Shown: one piece after another, positions 1-14,776 of the stretch
Layout of the letters: each line of letters starts with the position of its first letter
Position numbering within the stretch: the stretch's first letter is position 1
Source of the DNA: Chromera velia
Taxonomy: Eukaryota
NCBI GenBank assembly: GCA_018398765.1
Contig: JAHBMJ010000054.1
Coordinates: forward strand, 1 to 58,454
Direction: 5' to 3'
Length of the DNA: 58,454 bases
The notes under the pieces: generated by a model
Database searches by the model: none
Told to the model about the DNA's origin: nothing
Seen by the model: only the letters and a program-made list of their open reading frames with translations
Program-made: the position numbers and the translations under genes

Positions 1-1097
1 AGAAATACTTGATAGATATAGTAATTTTGGAGACCGTTTTGATGTTGGAGACCGTTTGGGATAGATTTGTCTTTCCGTCTTTCATGATATCCAGACATCA
101 TTTACCAGCACTGACGTATAAATTAATCACACTTTGTTATCACAGGGCACTTATACTCACTTTCGCCTCTCTACTCACTGTCTTACTGCAATATATTTGT
201 TGCTTCTCTCAGCCTGATGCCTTTCTCTTATCTTTTTTTGCCTTTCTTTACGTTCCTTTGCATGTCATTACAGATCATTTTCTTCTCTCTTAACACCACC
301 CATTTTGAGAACTCATTCAGCTTGAAGAGTTGCATCAATTAATACATTAAATAAAGTGCCGGCCTCTTCCGTTCACTTTTTTTCCCCCTAAAAGTCCTTG
401 CCCTCCAACATAACTGTGTTCACATCCTGTAAGACAATCATTGATTGCCACATACATATATATTTGAATAGCAAACAAAGCGAATCGAGATGAGCAACCT
501 CCATAACAGAAATACGATCGCCAGGATCATCGTCTGGAAAGACATACAGACGAACAATAATAGAGCAAGAAACAGACAAACAAATAAACGCATAGGTGCA
601 TAGGCATTCCTTCATACGTGCCCGCTCAAATAAGTTGAAAAACTGAAAGACATACATGTATTATATAGCTAGCCAGCCAGATAGACAGACACAGTAAGAC
701 AATATACATATACACATATATACAAACAGAGTGTCGAAAAGAACTGAGCCTTAGGTTGAGTTAAATTCTGAAAAGGTATGTGCGTTCCCGGCTAATTTAA
801 AAAGTGGGGGCATTGAGACCAACAGCAAAACAGGGGCCTCAGATCGAAAGCAGCAATGCAATTACCGTCAGTGTATTCAAGAAACATAACATTGTGAGTG
901 AGGGCCTGGTGTCAGGTGAATTATTAACAGAAACTAAACAGAAGAAAAAAAATGTTACTTGTTGACAGGAGACAGAAACCAAAAACCAAAAGAACAAAAA
1001 CAGCAGAAGAAGGAACTTAAATGCCAACTGTATCAAATGAAGAGCCTAGAGCTCTCTTTGTCTGCCGCTCTTATAGTCTACAAATTCTGTCGCTTCC

Positions 1098-1607
1098 ATG
1101 GATGTGGCTCACCCCTCTTATGGCATCATCATGGCTCTCCTTTGAAGTCAGCCTTCTCTCGTCTGCCACTTCCGTTTGTATAATCGAAGCTGCACTATAG
1201 CGAAAGGACACTGGCGGGTCCAGAGGGTCTTCTACAAGCAGGCTGTCCACGTCGTCGATCTTGTTGGGGAGGTGGCTGGTATGATAGAAAGATGGTGGAC
1301 AATATGATAAGTCTCCCCCCTGACTCCAACTCGATGATCTCTTCCATCTCCATGCCATTGGAGTGACCCCCCAACTACATCATGCGAATTGGATAAAATA
1401 CCCCATCTGTATCATACAAAGAAAGATAAAACCGCTAAGAAGCGGTCTCACCCTATGAACAAGATTGAACCAGCAGACATTGAGCTCTCAGTTCGAAGGA
1501 TTAGTTCCATCATGCACTACATAAGAACGCGAATTCCAGACCTGAAAGATCAACTCTCCCGTCATGCGCACAGGAGATCAAGTCTTAAAGTTTTTGACAT
1601 GAATTGA
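1098..1607 (+). pseudogene. Decayed coding-like segment, unknown product
   Basis: Protein-like reading (MDVAHPSYGIIMALL*SQPSLVCHFRLYNRSCTIAKGHWRVQRVFYKQ... and the 1389-1607 ORF) interrupted by stops; no family recognised. Confidence 0.2.
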
Positions 1608-1967
1608 AATGATTGAAATATATTTTCCACGATGTATAACTTACTCATAAATCACTCCATGCATGGACGTTTTTATCGGAGTCATGCATGCAGACTCACT
1701 CACTCACTCACTAAGTCTCACTCACTTACTCACTCACTGAGTCTCACTCACTCACTCACTCTGACAGGCTGTCGCAGCCGCACACTGAGTCACTGTGTTT
1801 GTTTGTTTGTGTTTGTATCTGATAGAAAAGGACGGTGCCCCCTTGAGAGAAGAAGAAATAGAGGGGGGCTTCGGGGCAGAGGGGGGGTCTATATCTGTTT
1901 GTCTGTCGCCAGGGCAGCTGCTCCTCTTAGCTTCCTTTCCTTCTCGCTCATCGCTGCCTGAATGCGT

Positions 1968-1970
<3 letters not shown>

Positions 1971-2054
<84 letters not shown>

Positions 2055-2108
2055 CTCCCCTCCCTCCCTCCCTCTATATATGTGTGTAAGGGTGTGTGTA
2101 CGTGTGAG

Positions 2109-2153
<45 letters not shown>

Positions 2154-2164
2154 TTGTGTGTGTA

Positions 2165-2206
<42 letters not shown>

Positions 2207-2645
2207 TGTGTGTGCATGTGTGTGTATGTGTGTGTGTGTGTGTGTATGTGTGTGTGTGTGTGTGTATGTATGTGTATGTGTGTGTGTTTAGAGAGGCAGT
2301 GCATGGCAAAAGCATGTCAGAGAGACAGACAATTTCAAAAACAGGTTTGCATGCACCGACAAGCCCATAAAGACGTGTATGTTTTTATGTGAGTATGAGT
2401 GAGTGTATGTGTATGTGAGTGAGTGTGAGTGTGTGTGTATGTGTATATATGTGTGTGTGTGTATGTGTGTGTGTTTAGAGAGGCAGCACGGCAAAAGCAT
2501 GTCAGATAGACAGACAAAGACAGGTACATGCATGCACCGATAAGCCCCCATATGTGTGTATGTATATGTATATATATGTGTATACATATCTGTATATGTG
2601 TGTATATGTGCATGTTTAGAGAGGCAGTGCACGGCAAAAGCATGT

Positions 2646-2677
<32 letters not shown>

Positions 2678-2735
2678 AACAGGTATGCATGCACTGATAA
2701 GCCAATACGTGTATGTATGTGTGTGTATGTGTGTA

Positions 2736-2767
<32 letters not shown>

Positions 2768-2787
2768 TGTATGTATGTGTGTGTGTA

Positions 2788-2829
<42 letters not shown>

Positions 2830-2916
2830 TATGTGTGTATGTTTAGAGAGGCAGCATGGCAGAAGCATGATAACAGATAGACAAACAAAGACAGGTATGC
2901 ATGCACTGATAAGCCC

Positions 2917-2960
<44 letters not shown>

Positions 2961-3115
2961 CTGTGTGCGTTTCTTTCTTTCTATCTTTAAAATTCTTTCT
3001 TTCTCTCTCTCTTTCTTTCTCCCTCTCTTTCTTTCTTTCTTTCTTTCTCTCTCTCTCTCTCTCTCTCTGTCTTTTTCTTTGTCTCTCTCTCTTTCTCTCT
3101 CTTTCTCTCTTTCTT

Positions 3116-3160
<45 letters not shown>

Positions 3161-3180
3161 TTCTCTCTCTCGCTTTCTCC

Positions 3181-3228
<48 letters not shown>

Positions 3229-3239
3229 CTCTCTCTCTT

Positions 3240-3292
<53 letters not shown>

Positions 3293-3351
3293 CTCTCTCT
3301 CTTTCGCTTTCTCTTTCTCTTTCTCTCTCTTATACTTTGTCTCTCTCTCTT

Positions 3352-3417
<66 letters not shown>

Positions 3418-3450
3418 AGAGAGTCTCTCTCTTTCTCACACACACTTACA
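1971..3450. repeat. Compound microsatellite block (CT)n/(TA)n/(TG)n with four interspersed copies of a ~85-bp unit
   Basis: Unit gtttagagaggcag..ggcaaaagcatgtcaga..acaggtatgcatgcac starts near 2286, 2473, 2614 and 2841, separated by (TG)n tracts. Confidence 0.9.
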
Positions 3451-4488
3451 GGAAAAAAAACGAACGGACGACCCTCTGGGTTTCCCGTGCATGCAGCACT
3501 TTAGAGTGCGCTCCTAACGGAGCATGGGCCTGCTTGTAACGGACTGTTTGGGACCTGGCACTGCTCTTTATAACTATTGCATATGTTGATAATGTGACAT
3601 GATTGCTATGGAACTTTGCACTGCTCCTAATGACATTGTTGTGGGACCTGGCACTGCAAGCCATTGTAAGACCTGGCAACCGCTACTAACTTATGACTAT
3701 AATGAATAAATGTATACATAAACCTAGATATAAATAAATATAAATAGAATTTAACACACATTTAGAATCATATTCTCGTGTTTAGTTTTTATAGTTTTTG
3801 AATGTATGTATAGATTTTAAAATATAGATTAGAGCATTAGTTTTTCGTAAAAAAAAATAGAATATTTCAAAACATAAATTTTTATTGTAATATGTACGTA
3901 TTATTGATTGATTAAAGGTTAGATTCAACTTTATGTATTTAGTCTCTATTCTTCTTTATCTTAATATTTTGACCCATTATTTCATATATAAAACAAATTA
4001 TAATTATTTAACATCGTTTTTTAAAAGTCCGACTTGTCTGAAAAAGTTCATTTACCATTGGACAGGCTTTTTGTTTCCTTATCTGCCGATCATGTGCATG
4101 TCTATGGAGAATACGAACAGCAAGTGAGGTTTCTATACCGTATCTGTTCCTGCTACCTCTCTTTCTATTTGTTTGTATTCTCTTCATGCACCTTTCAAGA
4201 AAAAAGAAGGGGCACGTAGAGGGGCCTGTCTCTCTTACCGTTTTCTCTCTTGCTTGAAAGCGTCATCCTCCCGAGCGCTTGAACACATCCGAACATGCCT
4301 CTCCATAAAAGTACCGGTCATTTGATATCGACCATCATATACATGCACTTCATGTGGAGAATTTTGTAGGCATGTTCAATTATAATGCACGCATGCATGT
4401 ATACACATAATTATAATAAATATTTAAGTGTCAGAGCTATAGTGCACGCGCTTTGCACGCGGAGCTGCATGCATACATGCATGTGCCG

Positions 4489-5453
4489 TAGGGTTGCCAC
4501 GAAATGCTTCGGCCGGCTGGCTGGCCAAAGCTGGCCAAGCGGTCTTTGGCCAGCCACAGCCCTCTAGTCAAAACTGGGTAGACCCATGCCTAGCTTCACT
4601 TCAACTGTCACTCAAAAATTATAGGTTGAGAGACAGTGTCAGACAGTCTGTAAAAAGAAGTGCTAGAGTTATACAAAATCATATAAACTAGTTATACAGT
4701 CTCTGCCAGTGATATAGCTATAGTCTGAGCTATAGATGATGGTAGAATCTGAGTTTATGTTATAGCATATAGTGTATGCTAAGAAGTTTGATAAAAACAA
4801 CAGAAAATGAATTTATTATTAGATTTATTGCTTTATCAAACACGTCAGACAGCCTGGATGTGTGCAAGCAGATTATGTAACTAGAAGCGGATAGTTTATT
4901 CATAGTGCCCTCTACCATACACATACAAAAAAAAATACAAGTTTTCAACACAGGTGCAACTAGCAGTGCAACACTGTAAGACAGTAACAGTGCAAGTAAT
5001 GCAATTTAAATTAAAACGATAGACTCCCAGAGTATGTAAAGCATAAATTCGACATTCGCAAAAAAAAAAGAAAATTTATAACTTATAAGTTTTTTTTCGT
5101 TTTTGAATGGAAAAACGTTCACGATCACGAAAAGGATGAATGAGTCTATAACGGTTTCAAATTATTTTTCTTTATGTTTTATTTATTTTTTTTTTAATCC
5201 CAATTTCTTAAAAAATATTGTTTTAGTGTTTCTATTAAACATTTTTTTTTTCCATTAAAAGATGTTTAAAAATTGTTTTAAAAACGTTTTATGGTGTATA
5301 GAGAGTCAAACGCCGCAGACGAAAAAAATTTTTTTGGGGGTCATTTTTTACATATTTTTTTCGGCTGTGGCCACTATGGAAGTAACGTGTCTGGCTGGCC
5401 GGCCGGCCATAGCCGGCCACAAAGGGTTATAGCCGGAAGAAAAAGCAACCCTA
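4489..5453. mobile_element. hAT-like non-autonomous element (MITE)
   Basis: TIR TAGGGTTGC (4489) / GCAACCCTA (5453); 8-bp TSD atgtgccg (4481-4488) / atgtgctg (5454-5461); GGCC-rich subterminal repeats and an AT-rich core. Confidence 0.8.
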
Positions 5454-6505
5454 ATGTGCTGAGTGCGTGATGTGCGGCCGTGCGCCGATCATGCAAGATC
5501 CCCCCCCCCCCNCCCCCCACACACATACAGAGAAAGAGAAGAGAGGGACAGAGGAAGAGAGAGAGAGAGAAAGAGAAGAGAGGGAGAGAGAGTTGACCAT
5601 GAGAGTGTATGGTAGTCTTCAAGTTACGAATCAAGTAGGCCTGTCAAGAGTGATTCTCCCAAAAATAATTGGGTAGAAATTGTGAGTACTCATGTCTTAT
5701 CATATTTCAATAGTACGGTGACCAGGTTATCTTGTACCTAACAGACACATGCAGTCTTAATTGTAACACATAACGTAGAGCAAAAATTAAAGTTTTTTCT
5801 AGAATTTCTTTTTTGTGTTTTTCTATATTTGTATTGTAGTGGATGCATATTATCACTTATTTGTTTACTGCAGTAGAAACAATTTTTGCTAAACTTTTTG
5901 ACTTGAAGCAGTGAGGTCAAGCATATGTGTTGCCTGCGTTTATATTTTTTTTCAAGTTTGAATTATCATGATGGGTTTCTATACAGTTCGTCACAATACC
6001 AATTAGAGACACAGTATGACGCAGTCTGAGTCCGATACCATAGCGAGCGGTCTGTTACTGCTAAGATTTGGTCAGAAGAAAACAACAGATATGACAAGAA
6101 CCACATTTGCCAGAGTTCCAAAGAACGAGAGGAGGACAATGAAGTGTTTGTCGATGCGGGGAGAGACCATCTTCATTGTCTTGTCGCGAGACGAGACCAC
6201 CAACAAAAAGAAGTTGCACGCCGAAAGAAAAACTCCAATGCACACAATTGAAATCTGCACACACGACAACGTTCAGCGAAAACAAAAACATACAGATTGC
6301 AGGCGAAACACATGAACTGAAAATAAAAAGCTGTTGATCCATCAACATAGACTTTCTTCTTTGTTCTCTCATTCCGGCTCGAAGCGAAACGACGCGCTGC
6401 AACGAATTCAAATTTGGCAATCCTCTAGTTCTCCTTCTTTTTGGGTATACGAGCACCTGTGAATGCGAACGTGTCTGTGCAGTTCTAGCTATGGGTGTAA
6501 CCTTG

Positions 6506-6538
<33 letters not shown>

Positions 6539-6543
6539 GTCTA

Positions 6544-6574
<31 letters not shown>

Positions 6575-6603
6575 GCCTGCCTGCCTGCCTGTCTGTCTGT
6601 CTG

Positions 6604-6657
<54 letters not shown>

Positions 6658-6728
6658 TGTGTGTGTCTGCGTACAGAAGAATCCATGAGGACCCGTACAC
6701 AGATCTATGCAAAAGTAGATAGACTGGA

Positions 6729-9700
6729 TCAATTTGGACGAACGTGAAGTGTCATTTGTTCGATTGTGTGTGAGTGTCCCTCGTGCCTCTTCGTGTCCTC
6801 ATGGTGCTTGTTGATCACCACGCAGGCAAAGAAGACGATGTTCACGACACCGAAAAGCAGCATAAGGGGAATGGACCTGCATGCATCGTTCGCATCACCG
6901 ATCAACAACAAGAAGCTCTCTCTGCCCGGCCACGCCTCGATCTCTGAGGGAACGTGAATGCAGATATCTATCTATCGAGTGTTTGAGTGCTCGCATGTGT
7001 GCACAATCTGATTCACCAAGAGGATGATGCAGTTTGTTTGTTTTCGCGTCTACCAGAGCCCACTGAAAGACACAGGCACGAGAAGAAGCACAGGCTCAGC
7101 TCCTACACAAAAGCTGAGGGGGTGGGGAGTGTGGAAGGGCCGACAACCCATGCAGCACCATTCCAGTAAACCTCTCGATGCCTGCGAGCACCTGACCCCC
7201 TTTTGCCACCTGCCTGCATAATGAGATGGTTTTTCTTCTCACATGACCCAACCACGTCAACCAATCGAGATCAACAACATCACACTCTTACGCAAAAAGG
7301 GACGATCGGCAGACAGACTTACAAGAGAGGATCCGCAAGGAAGCGCATAAATGCCGAGATGTAGTTGTCTGTGTAGTACTGTACTAGTTCGTCCAGTCGT
7401 CTGTTTACTTCTTCGGAGCGATAGCTTCCCCGCCTCAAACCCTCACCCTCACCCTGCTCAACTCCTGTTCCTGCATTTTCCAGAATTCGCCGTCGCGTCT
7501 CATCTCCCGCCCCGTCATCCCCGCCTTCCTCGTCATCGTCTTCCTGGTTGCAGTACCCTGTGCACAACTGCCTGCACATAATCGAATGGACTTCAGTGCA
7601 CCCTTACAGAAGAACGAGCAAACAAAGGAAAACAAGCACAACACAGAAAGAAGACAGCGAGGCACACAGAATCCATCAATCAGACAGACAGACAGAACGA
7701 TGCTCTCGCCCAAGTTCATTCATCACTGAGCAATCCCCTCGTCTTTTCCGCCTTCCACATGCATCTGACCTTGTGAGCGTTCTTGGGGGAAGTTTTTCGA
7801 CTGCTTCAAATACCACCCGCTCGACCTCCTCCTTCGAAGTAGAAAGCAGGCCCAAACCGTGTTGGCTGAGGAGGCCCTCGGACTTCATTGCTTCTTTCAC
7901 ACCATCGACGAGGCTTCGGAGCTTGTTGGGTTCCTCTTTCTTTACCAGGAGCTCGTAGAACTCCCTGTATGCGTACATGCAAAGTGCATCTCATGCAACA
8001 CAAATCATGCACTTACCAGGGATCTGCAACCACACACACATCTGCTCTCTGGTGTGCTCACATGCAGGCACACACGCCAGTTTAATTCAAGACAACAAAG
8101 ATCATGTCAACCGACAGCACTATTCCAAAATCATTTCATGACAGCAATTGCCTATATGCTCCGACAAACAGACCCAAAGAAGTCGAGCACCGATGATCGG
8201 GCCATTTCGAAGACACACACGTTCAACAGGCAGGAAGGCATACAGGCGATCCAACCTGTCGGAGGGACGGACAACCTCCGAGGACTTTCCCTTCCCCCTC
8301 CCCCCCCGATCGATTGGTCCTTCCTACCTCTATCGTTCGTTCTACTGTCGAAAGCCCTCACTCACACTGCATCCCCCCCCCCTTTGGGGTTCTCTTTCGT
8401 CTTTTCTTTGGGCTCTAGCTTGTTTTCTGGGAAGGGATTTCGATCATTCTGATGATCATACACGCATGCATCCTTGCATGCCCACTAGCTTTCTCTCTCT
8501 ATCTCCCTCTCCCTCCGTCACTTTCTTCCTCTGGCTGTGGCTCTAAGATGCTGACCTGATCATGTGGAGTCTCCATAGTCTCCACTCAAAGCTCTCGAGA
8601 CCGAATACACAGAGAACAAATAGCAACTGCAAGAATGCGTGGGGGATAGTTCAGAAAGAGAAGGAAGAAAAACCGACAAGAAAATGGGAGAGAGTGCATG
8701 ACAGGCAGACAATCCTTCACACAGATCGACTGTGAACACACACACGCACGCACACACCCACATCCACACACACACACCGACCTGAAAGACAGCCACAAGA
8801 ACGATGGACCCAAGAAGCACTGAGAAGAAGGCGCAGCCAAATTCCTGCAGGCAACGCAAAAACGGTCAGGCACTCCTTGAAGAAAAACAAAGTCTTCCCA
8901 TCAAAGGGAATTAAACAGCGCGCGAATAAAGCCTGCAGTTCTGTCGCTGGAGAATACTTAAACAGGTCAGAATTACCAAGAGACACACTCAACACTTTCT
9001 GCCTGATCCATCACTGAAGCCCCAGAATTTCGTCTCTTCGTGCTCGATTGCTCGCCCGCTGTGATGGTCTTTCCTTCCTTCATACCGAGATGTTGATGTA
9101 TGTGCGGCAGAGAGCAAAAAGCAGGGAGAGACTCAATTTCAGTGAGTGAAGCACGGACTGACTACCGTAGGTCTCGTCTGTCTCTCCTCCTTCAGACCCC
9201 AGAAGGAGGAGATGTCAGGAATCTCTGAGTCAACTTGCTGCAGGCAGTGCATGGGGAAGGATCAAAGGAATTGAGGGTCGATCCAGAAAATGGAGTTCAG
9301 TCAACCACTTTGTTTCGATCGTCAAGGGAGCTCTACACCTGTCTTCTTTCTGGTCGCAGATCAATTGGAATTTTTATAACCGGATTCAGCAGGACCAAAA
9401 GCATGGAATCTCCTTCTTCACTTGCTGCTGCTGGTGCTGCTGCATTATTTTGAATCTTTTCTCGTCAGGCACGACAGGAAAAAAAGAAGAGCAAACTGTA
9501 TGCCAAAAAGGACAGATGCATCTCTATGAAAACCATAAACAAAGACAGTACTCCTGCCCTGGCAGTCTGGACCTACGTTTGAACTGAGAAGCAAGTAGCA
9601 AAGCAAACAAGCAAGCAAGGATGAACTCAAGCAAAAGAGGGTGAAAGAGGGTGAAAGAGGAGTTTGAGAAGAACTTCACGCCGACGGATGAAGCCTGAAA

Positions 9701-9898
9701 TGTTCACTTCGTCCTCTCGATGTGGAATGCGAGAATGAACTGAAGGCCAAAAAAAAAAAAAGGAAAAGAGGCAAATACCCATGCACCTTCAGAATGCAAA
9801 GAATCCAGGGAACCAGACCGAAGCCGAAGGTCAAGGGATAGAGTGTCATTTGGTACCTGCATCCGGCACTCATTGACAGCCCACACATGGATAGATCA

Positions 9899-9929
<31 letters not shown>

Positions 9930-9936
9930 GCAGACC

Positions 9937-9974
<38 letters not shown>

Positions 9975-10326
9975 GAGAATAAGAGGGAAGGGGAAGTGAA
10001 AGATAGCGCGCAAGAGATAGCGGCAGAGCAGAAGATCTCTCCTCCATGCCCCTTTTGCCTCTTCTTTCTGTAAGGTATCACGCTTAATGTCTTTTCGGCA
10101 ATAAGGAAAGAAGATGGAGGAAACTGGTAACAGCTACATTTCTCTTCTCTTCCCTCCTAATGCTCTTTCTTCTTCTGCAGAGCTCTTCTCCGATCTGAAA
10201 GAAAAACCGACCGACCGACCCAACCGTCAAACCAACCGAAAAATCTGGCCCTTGACGTCAATGGCCTCCAGTTCTGTCAAGGGAACTGCAGCGACGCACG
10301 CACAAAGGCGTTGCCCCAGAGAGAGA

Positions 10327-10370
<44 letters not shown>

Positions 10371-12084
10371 CTTTGAGTGGACTGGACGGGAAGGAACGCA
10401 GGGAGGGAGGGAGGGAGGGAGACGGGGGGAGAGGCAGGTAGGAAGACAGTCTGTCTCTCAGGCGAAAATGAGACAAAAGTTGTAGACGGGGTTGAATGAC
10501 TGGACTCACTGAGGAATCCTTCAGATCCTCTGATGCAGAAAGAAAGAGCATACATAGCAGAACCACAATAATCTTTTTTTATGGTCCCTCTCACCCTCTA
10601 GTGTATCCATCCGTCTGTCTGTCTGCCCGCCCGGCTACCTGCCTGACAGTGCGCTTCTATCTGCCTCTCTCTTTTTCTTTTCCTGAAGACGGAGAGTTCC
10701 GCCGTTTCACCCGCGCACCTCTGAACTGAAATTCCTTTTTGTTCATCTCTGTGTCCACAGAACCTTTCGCGTTGAATGCGTTGACGGGGGCGAAGTTGAC
10801 AAGAAAGTCGACGAGGTAGTTGTCAATCTGGAAGGATAAATGTATCTATGGATGGATGGATAAATGTATCTATGGATGGATGGATAAATGTATCTATGGC
10901 TGGATGGATAAATGTATCTATGGATGGATGGATAAATGTATCTATGGATGGATGGATAAATGTATCTATGGATGGATGGATGGATGCCATATGAATAGAA
11001 AGTACCGTCTGTTGCAAAACAATGAGGCAGACGTTCAGGCTGATCTTGGCAAATCGACACGTGATCGTGTGCTGAAGCAACTGGATGACAGACGGCAGAG
11101 CGGAGGGAAGACAGAACGCGCATAGAGATGCGAAAGAAGAAACAGCACGCTTTCTTTCTATCCCCTTTCCTTTTCCCCTCAGCCTTGTTTATCGTTCCTT
11201 TTCGACTGACGTCTGCGATGAAGATGCTCTTGATGGAGTTCAGCAGGGTGTCACCAATGTGTTCGGACTGCACATGCGCACACACAAAGGAAGCCTCCAC
11301 GAACACATCCGTGTGTCTGCCAGATGATGCTTCTACATTGAAGTACAGCTGAACGAGAGCCCCTCCAGGATCCCCGTAGATGCCAAAACATTCAGTCAGG
11401 CACACCCATCCAATGCTTGCAAAGAAAGCTGTAGCATCCTAAGTCCAGCCGGTCCTCCTTTTGTTCCACGGTCGTGGACACAAAGAGAGTCACAAACTCT
11501 CCCGATGAACCTAACAAAGCCCCCCGTTTAGAGTGAGAAACGCAACGGGAGTAGATCCATTCACTCGGGGGCAGTCAGTGCCAGTCAAAAGCACTCAGAT
11601 ACGTGGAAACGGAAAAGAAGCATAAATTGAACTGCCGTCGGAAAAACACTAAAAGGAGAATTCAGCACCCGATCGACGGACCTGAAGGATCATTGTCGAC
11701 CCTGTGAGCAGGAGAGAGACGGGCATGACCAGACACCCAAAAAAACCAAGGAACACGATCAGAATCCAACGCTGAAGGCAAAATGAATGAAACGACCAGA
11801 CGATCAGTCTGCATATCAGTCTACACTGATGCACTCGGGTACAGCGTCTATATGTCGATATCACTCTTTCAATCGAGATCACTCTTTCAATCTATGCAGA
11901 AATTCCTGAGTCCATGAATGCAACGGTCGATCCACCACGTGTGGAAGAGAAAGACTAGTGCACGATCACCACCAAAGTGAGAAAGGACGTATCATTCTGC
12001 ATTCACTTGTTCACTTTTTGAACAGCATTCAAGGAAAGATTCGAAATTCAAACTTCTCTCTCTTTCCTCGTACCTCTCTCCTTG

Positions 12085-12181
<97 letters not shown>

Positions 12182-12873
12182 GGGGAGAGAGAGGGAGAGA
12201 GAGGGAGAGAGAGGGGGAGCNAGCATCCTAAGTCCAGCCGGTCCTCCTTTTGTTCCACGGTCGTGGACACAAAGAGAGTCACAAACTCTCCCGATGAACC
12301 TAACAAAGCCCCCCGTTTAGAGTGAGAAACGCAACGGGAGTAGATCCATTCACTCGGGGGCAGTCAGTGCCAGTCAAAAGCACTCAGATACGTGGAAACG
12401 GAAAAGAAGCATAAATTGAACTGCCGTCGGAAAAACACTAAAAGGAGAATTCAGCACCCGATCGACGGACCTGAAGGATCATTGTCGACCCTGTGAGCAG
12501 GAGAGAGACGGGCATGACCAGACACCCAAAAAAACCAAGGAACACGATCAGAATCCAACGCTGAAGGCAAAATGAATGAAACGACCAGACGATCAGTCTG
12601 CATATCAGTCTACACTGATGCACTCGGGTACAGCGTCTATATGTCGATATCACTCTTTCAATCGAGATCACTCTTTCAATCTATGCAGAAATTCCTGAGT
12701 CCATGAATGCAACGGTCGATCCACCACGTGTGGAAGAGAAAGACTAGTGCACGATCACCACCAAAGTGAGAAAGGACGTATCATTCTGCATTCACTTGTT
12801 CACTTTTTGAACAGCATTCAAGGAAAGATTCGAAATTCAAACTTCTCTCTCTTTCCTCGTACCTCTCTCCTTG

Positions 12874-12956
<83 letters not shown>

Positions 12957-14516
12957 GGGGAGAGAGAGGGAGAGAGAGGGAGAGAGAGGGGGAGCCAGGG
13001 AGTACGGGGAGTCACGGCCAGAGGAAAAAGAAAAAGGGAATTTACTCAACACCTCACCGAGCAGAGAAACAAAACCTGCATGCATGCATGCAATGCAGTG
13101 ATCACAGACCCGCCCTTCTCTGCCTTCACACGCCTTAATTCCGTCTCCGCGTTCCATCTCGATCCATCCGTACAGGCCGACTGACCTTCAATCTCCATTT
13201 CCACGAACTCCACGAGCTCGCTGCACTGCCCCCCCTTTCGCCTTCTACCAAGCCGTAAGAATGCCGGAGAGGAACTGCTGAAGGACTTCCCAACGGGGTG
13301 TGGAAGGCGGACCCCCGTGGCCGAGACGGATCCTTTTCGGAACCTTGGGCAAGACCCACGATCAGACATCGGATGTGACCACTGCAAACAGTCCCTCACT
13401 CACTCAAGCAGGCAGAGAGAGAAACGTCTAGGCAGGAAGGGAAAGGGGTATCGGAAAACACACACACACACACACACATACACACACACACACACACAAA
13501 CACACACACGTGTGTATGATTGCCGCATGGGGGGGACCGCTGGGTCTGAAGGCAAACACCTGCATGTGCATTGTTCAAGCATAAGTGACCAAGCGCACGC
13601 TCACGCATCTATTCATTCAAATTTCATTGAGCAAGCTTCATGCCAAATTTATCTGTCGTTTGTCCGTCTCATTCTGCGCGCACATCTGCCGTGCGAGTCT
13701 GCCCTGCGTACTTGATTTCCGGCACCATTCTGAAGGCGAAGACTGCCACCGCGATGGCGTCCACGTAGATCATCGCAGAGGTCGAGGAGGAGATCAGCTC
13801 AGACAAGCCTTGCGCGTGCACTGCAAACAGGAACGTAGGTAGGTTCATCTAAATAAAGAAAGTACTTGCACGGCTACATGTGTGTTGAATCCCGGGGGGG
13901 CATTTCAGGAGAAAACAAAAAAGTTAGAAGTGAGACTGCTGCCATTGGTCACGGGGGCAAATCGGGCCCTTTGTTCATTTGTATCTATGGATACGTGTGC
14001 ACACATGGACGATTCACTGCGTGCAGGGCATTCACCAAATGTTACGTAGACGGACAAAGGAGGAGAGGTCATGAGGGAGCGTTGGCAGATTAGGATTTTT
14101 CTTGACTGACTGGGAATATTACTGAAGGGAATGTACGCCAGAATGCCCCCTTGGGCTGCTGTGAACTGTTGTTTGTGTTCTTTGTCGTGTTTCAGGTTGA
14201 AAATGGCCGGAGAGACGGCCATCATTGCAAGCACCTGGACACAGACAATCAGGACGCAAAACACCTGTACCAAAACACGGCTTCTCGCGAAGGGATTACG
14301 TGACTGCTTCGTGTCTTTCACCTCACAGAAACAAAAGAGACCATACGCGTCTCTGTTCACGTGATATCTTGCAGTAGTTGGGTCCCGGGGACCCATGCTG
14401 ACTATGCTACCCCGGCCGATACTGTCCCTCCTTCGTGCTCCCCTGGTTGTGCCGCTTTCGGGTCCGTCTGTCACCTCCTCCACTCGAGGAAGTTCAAGAT
14501 GGGGACGGAACGACAT
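6729..14516 (-). CDS. Multi-exon gene for an uncharacterised polytopic membrane protein
   Basis: Phase-consistent GT-AG exons: 14516-14036 (MSFRPHLELP...VLIVCVQVLAMMAV...), 13820-13712, 13381-13186, 12560-12471 (RWILIVFLGFFGCLVMPVSLLLTGSTMILQ), 11267-11211 (SEHIGDTLLNSIKSIFIAD), 10827-~10765 (IDNYLVDFLVNF...). Further likely exons near 9855-9790, 8845-8782, 7965-7770, 7555-7322 and a last exon ~6873-6729. The middle exons are not fully resolved and could belong to two genes. Confidence 0.7.
10834..10985. repeat. 24-bp intronic minisatellite, ~6 copies
   Basis: Tandem ggataaatgtatctatggatggat. Confidence 0.95.
11433..12995. repeat. ~789-bp direct duplication separated by a single N (probable assembly artefact)
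   Basis: 11433-12220 and 12222-12995 appear identical apart from microsatellite length; N at 12221. Confidence 0.9.
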
Positions 14517-14776
14517 GACGATGTAGATGGGCGTCAACCTCGGAAGAGCTGCAGAAAGGAGACGGCAAAGCCTATGGTCAATGGTGTCACCTCTCAGTTT
14601 GTTTTCGCCCCGCAAGCCTTTGGGCCGTCGGAGGAATGTATCAAAGATTCCCTGCTTCAGACGTGCACGCAGTCTGACGGTCTGAGTTATCGACATGATT
14701 GTGTACACGTATATATTAATACAGGGATCATGGGACATGCATGATGCGGATTAGAATAGACGAGGGTTCGTGGATG

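Noticed and set aside
3536..4030. Possible TE end with ggacctggcactgc subterminal repeats
   Set aside because: No matching opposite terminus or TSD was found.
11433..12995. Duplication of a symmetric 90-nt transmembrane exon (11682-11771 and 12471-12560) as alternative splicing
   Set aside because: The copies appear identical and join at a single N, typical of overlapping contig ends.
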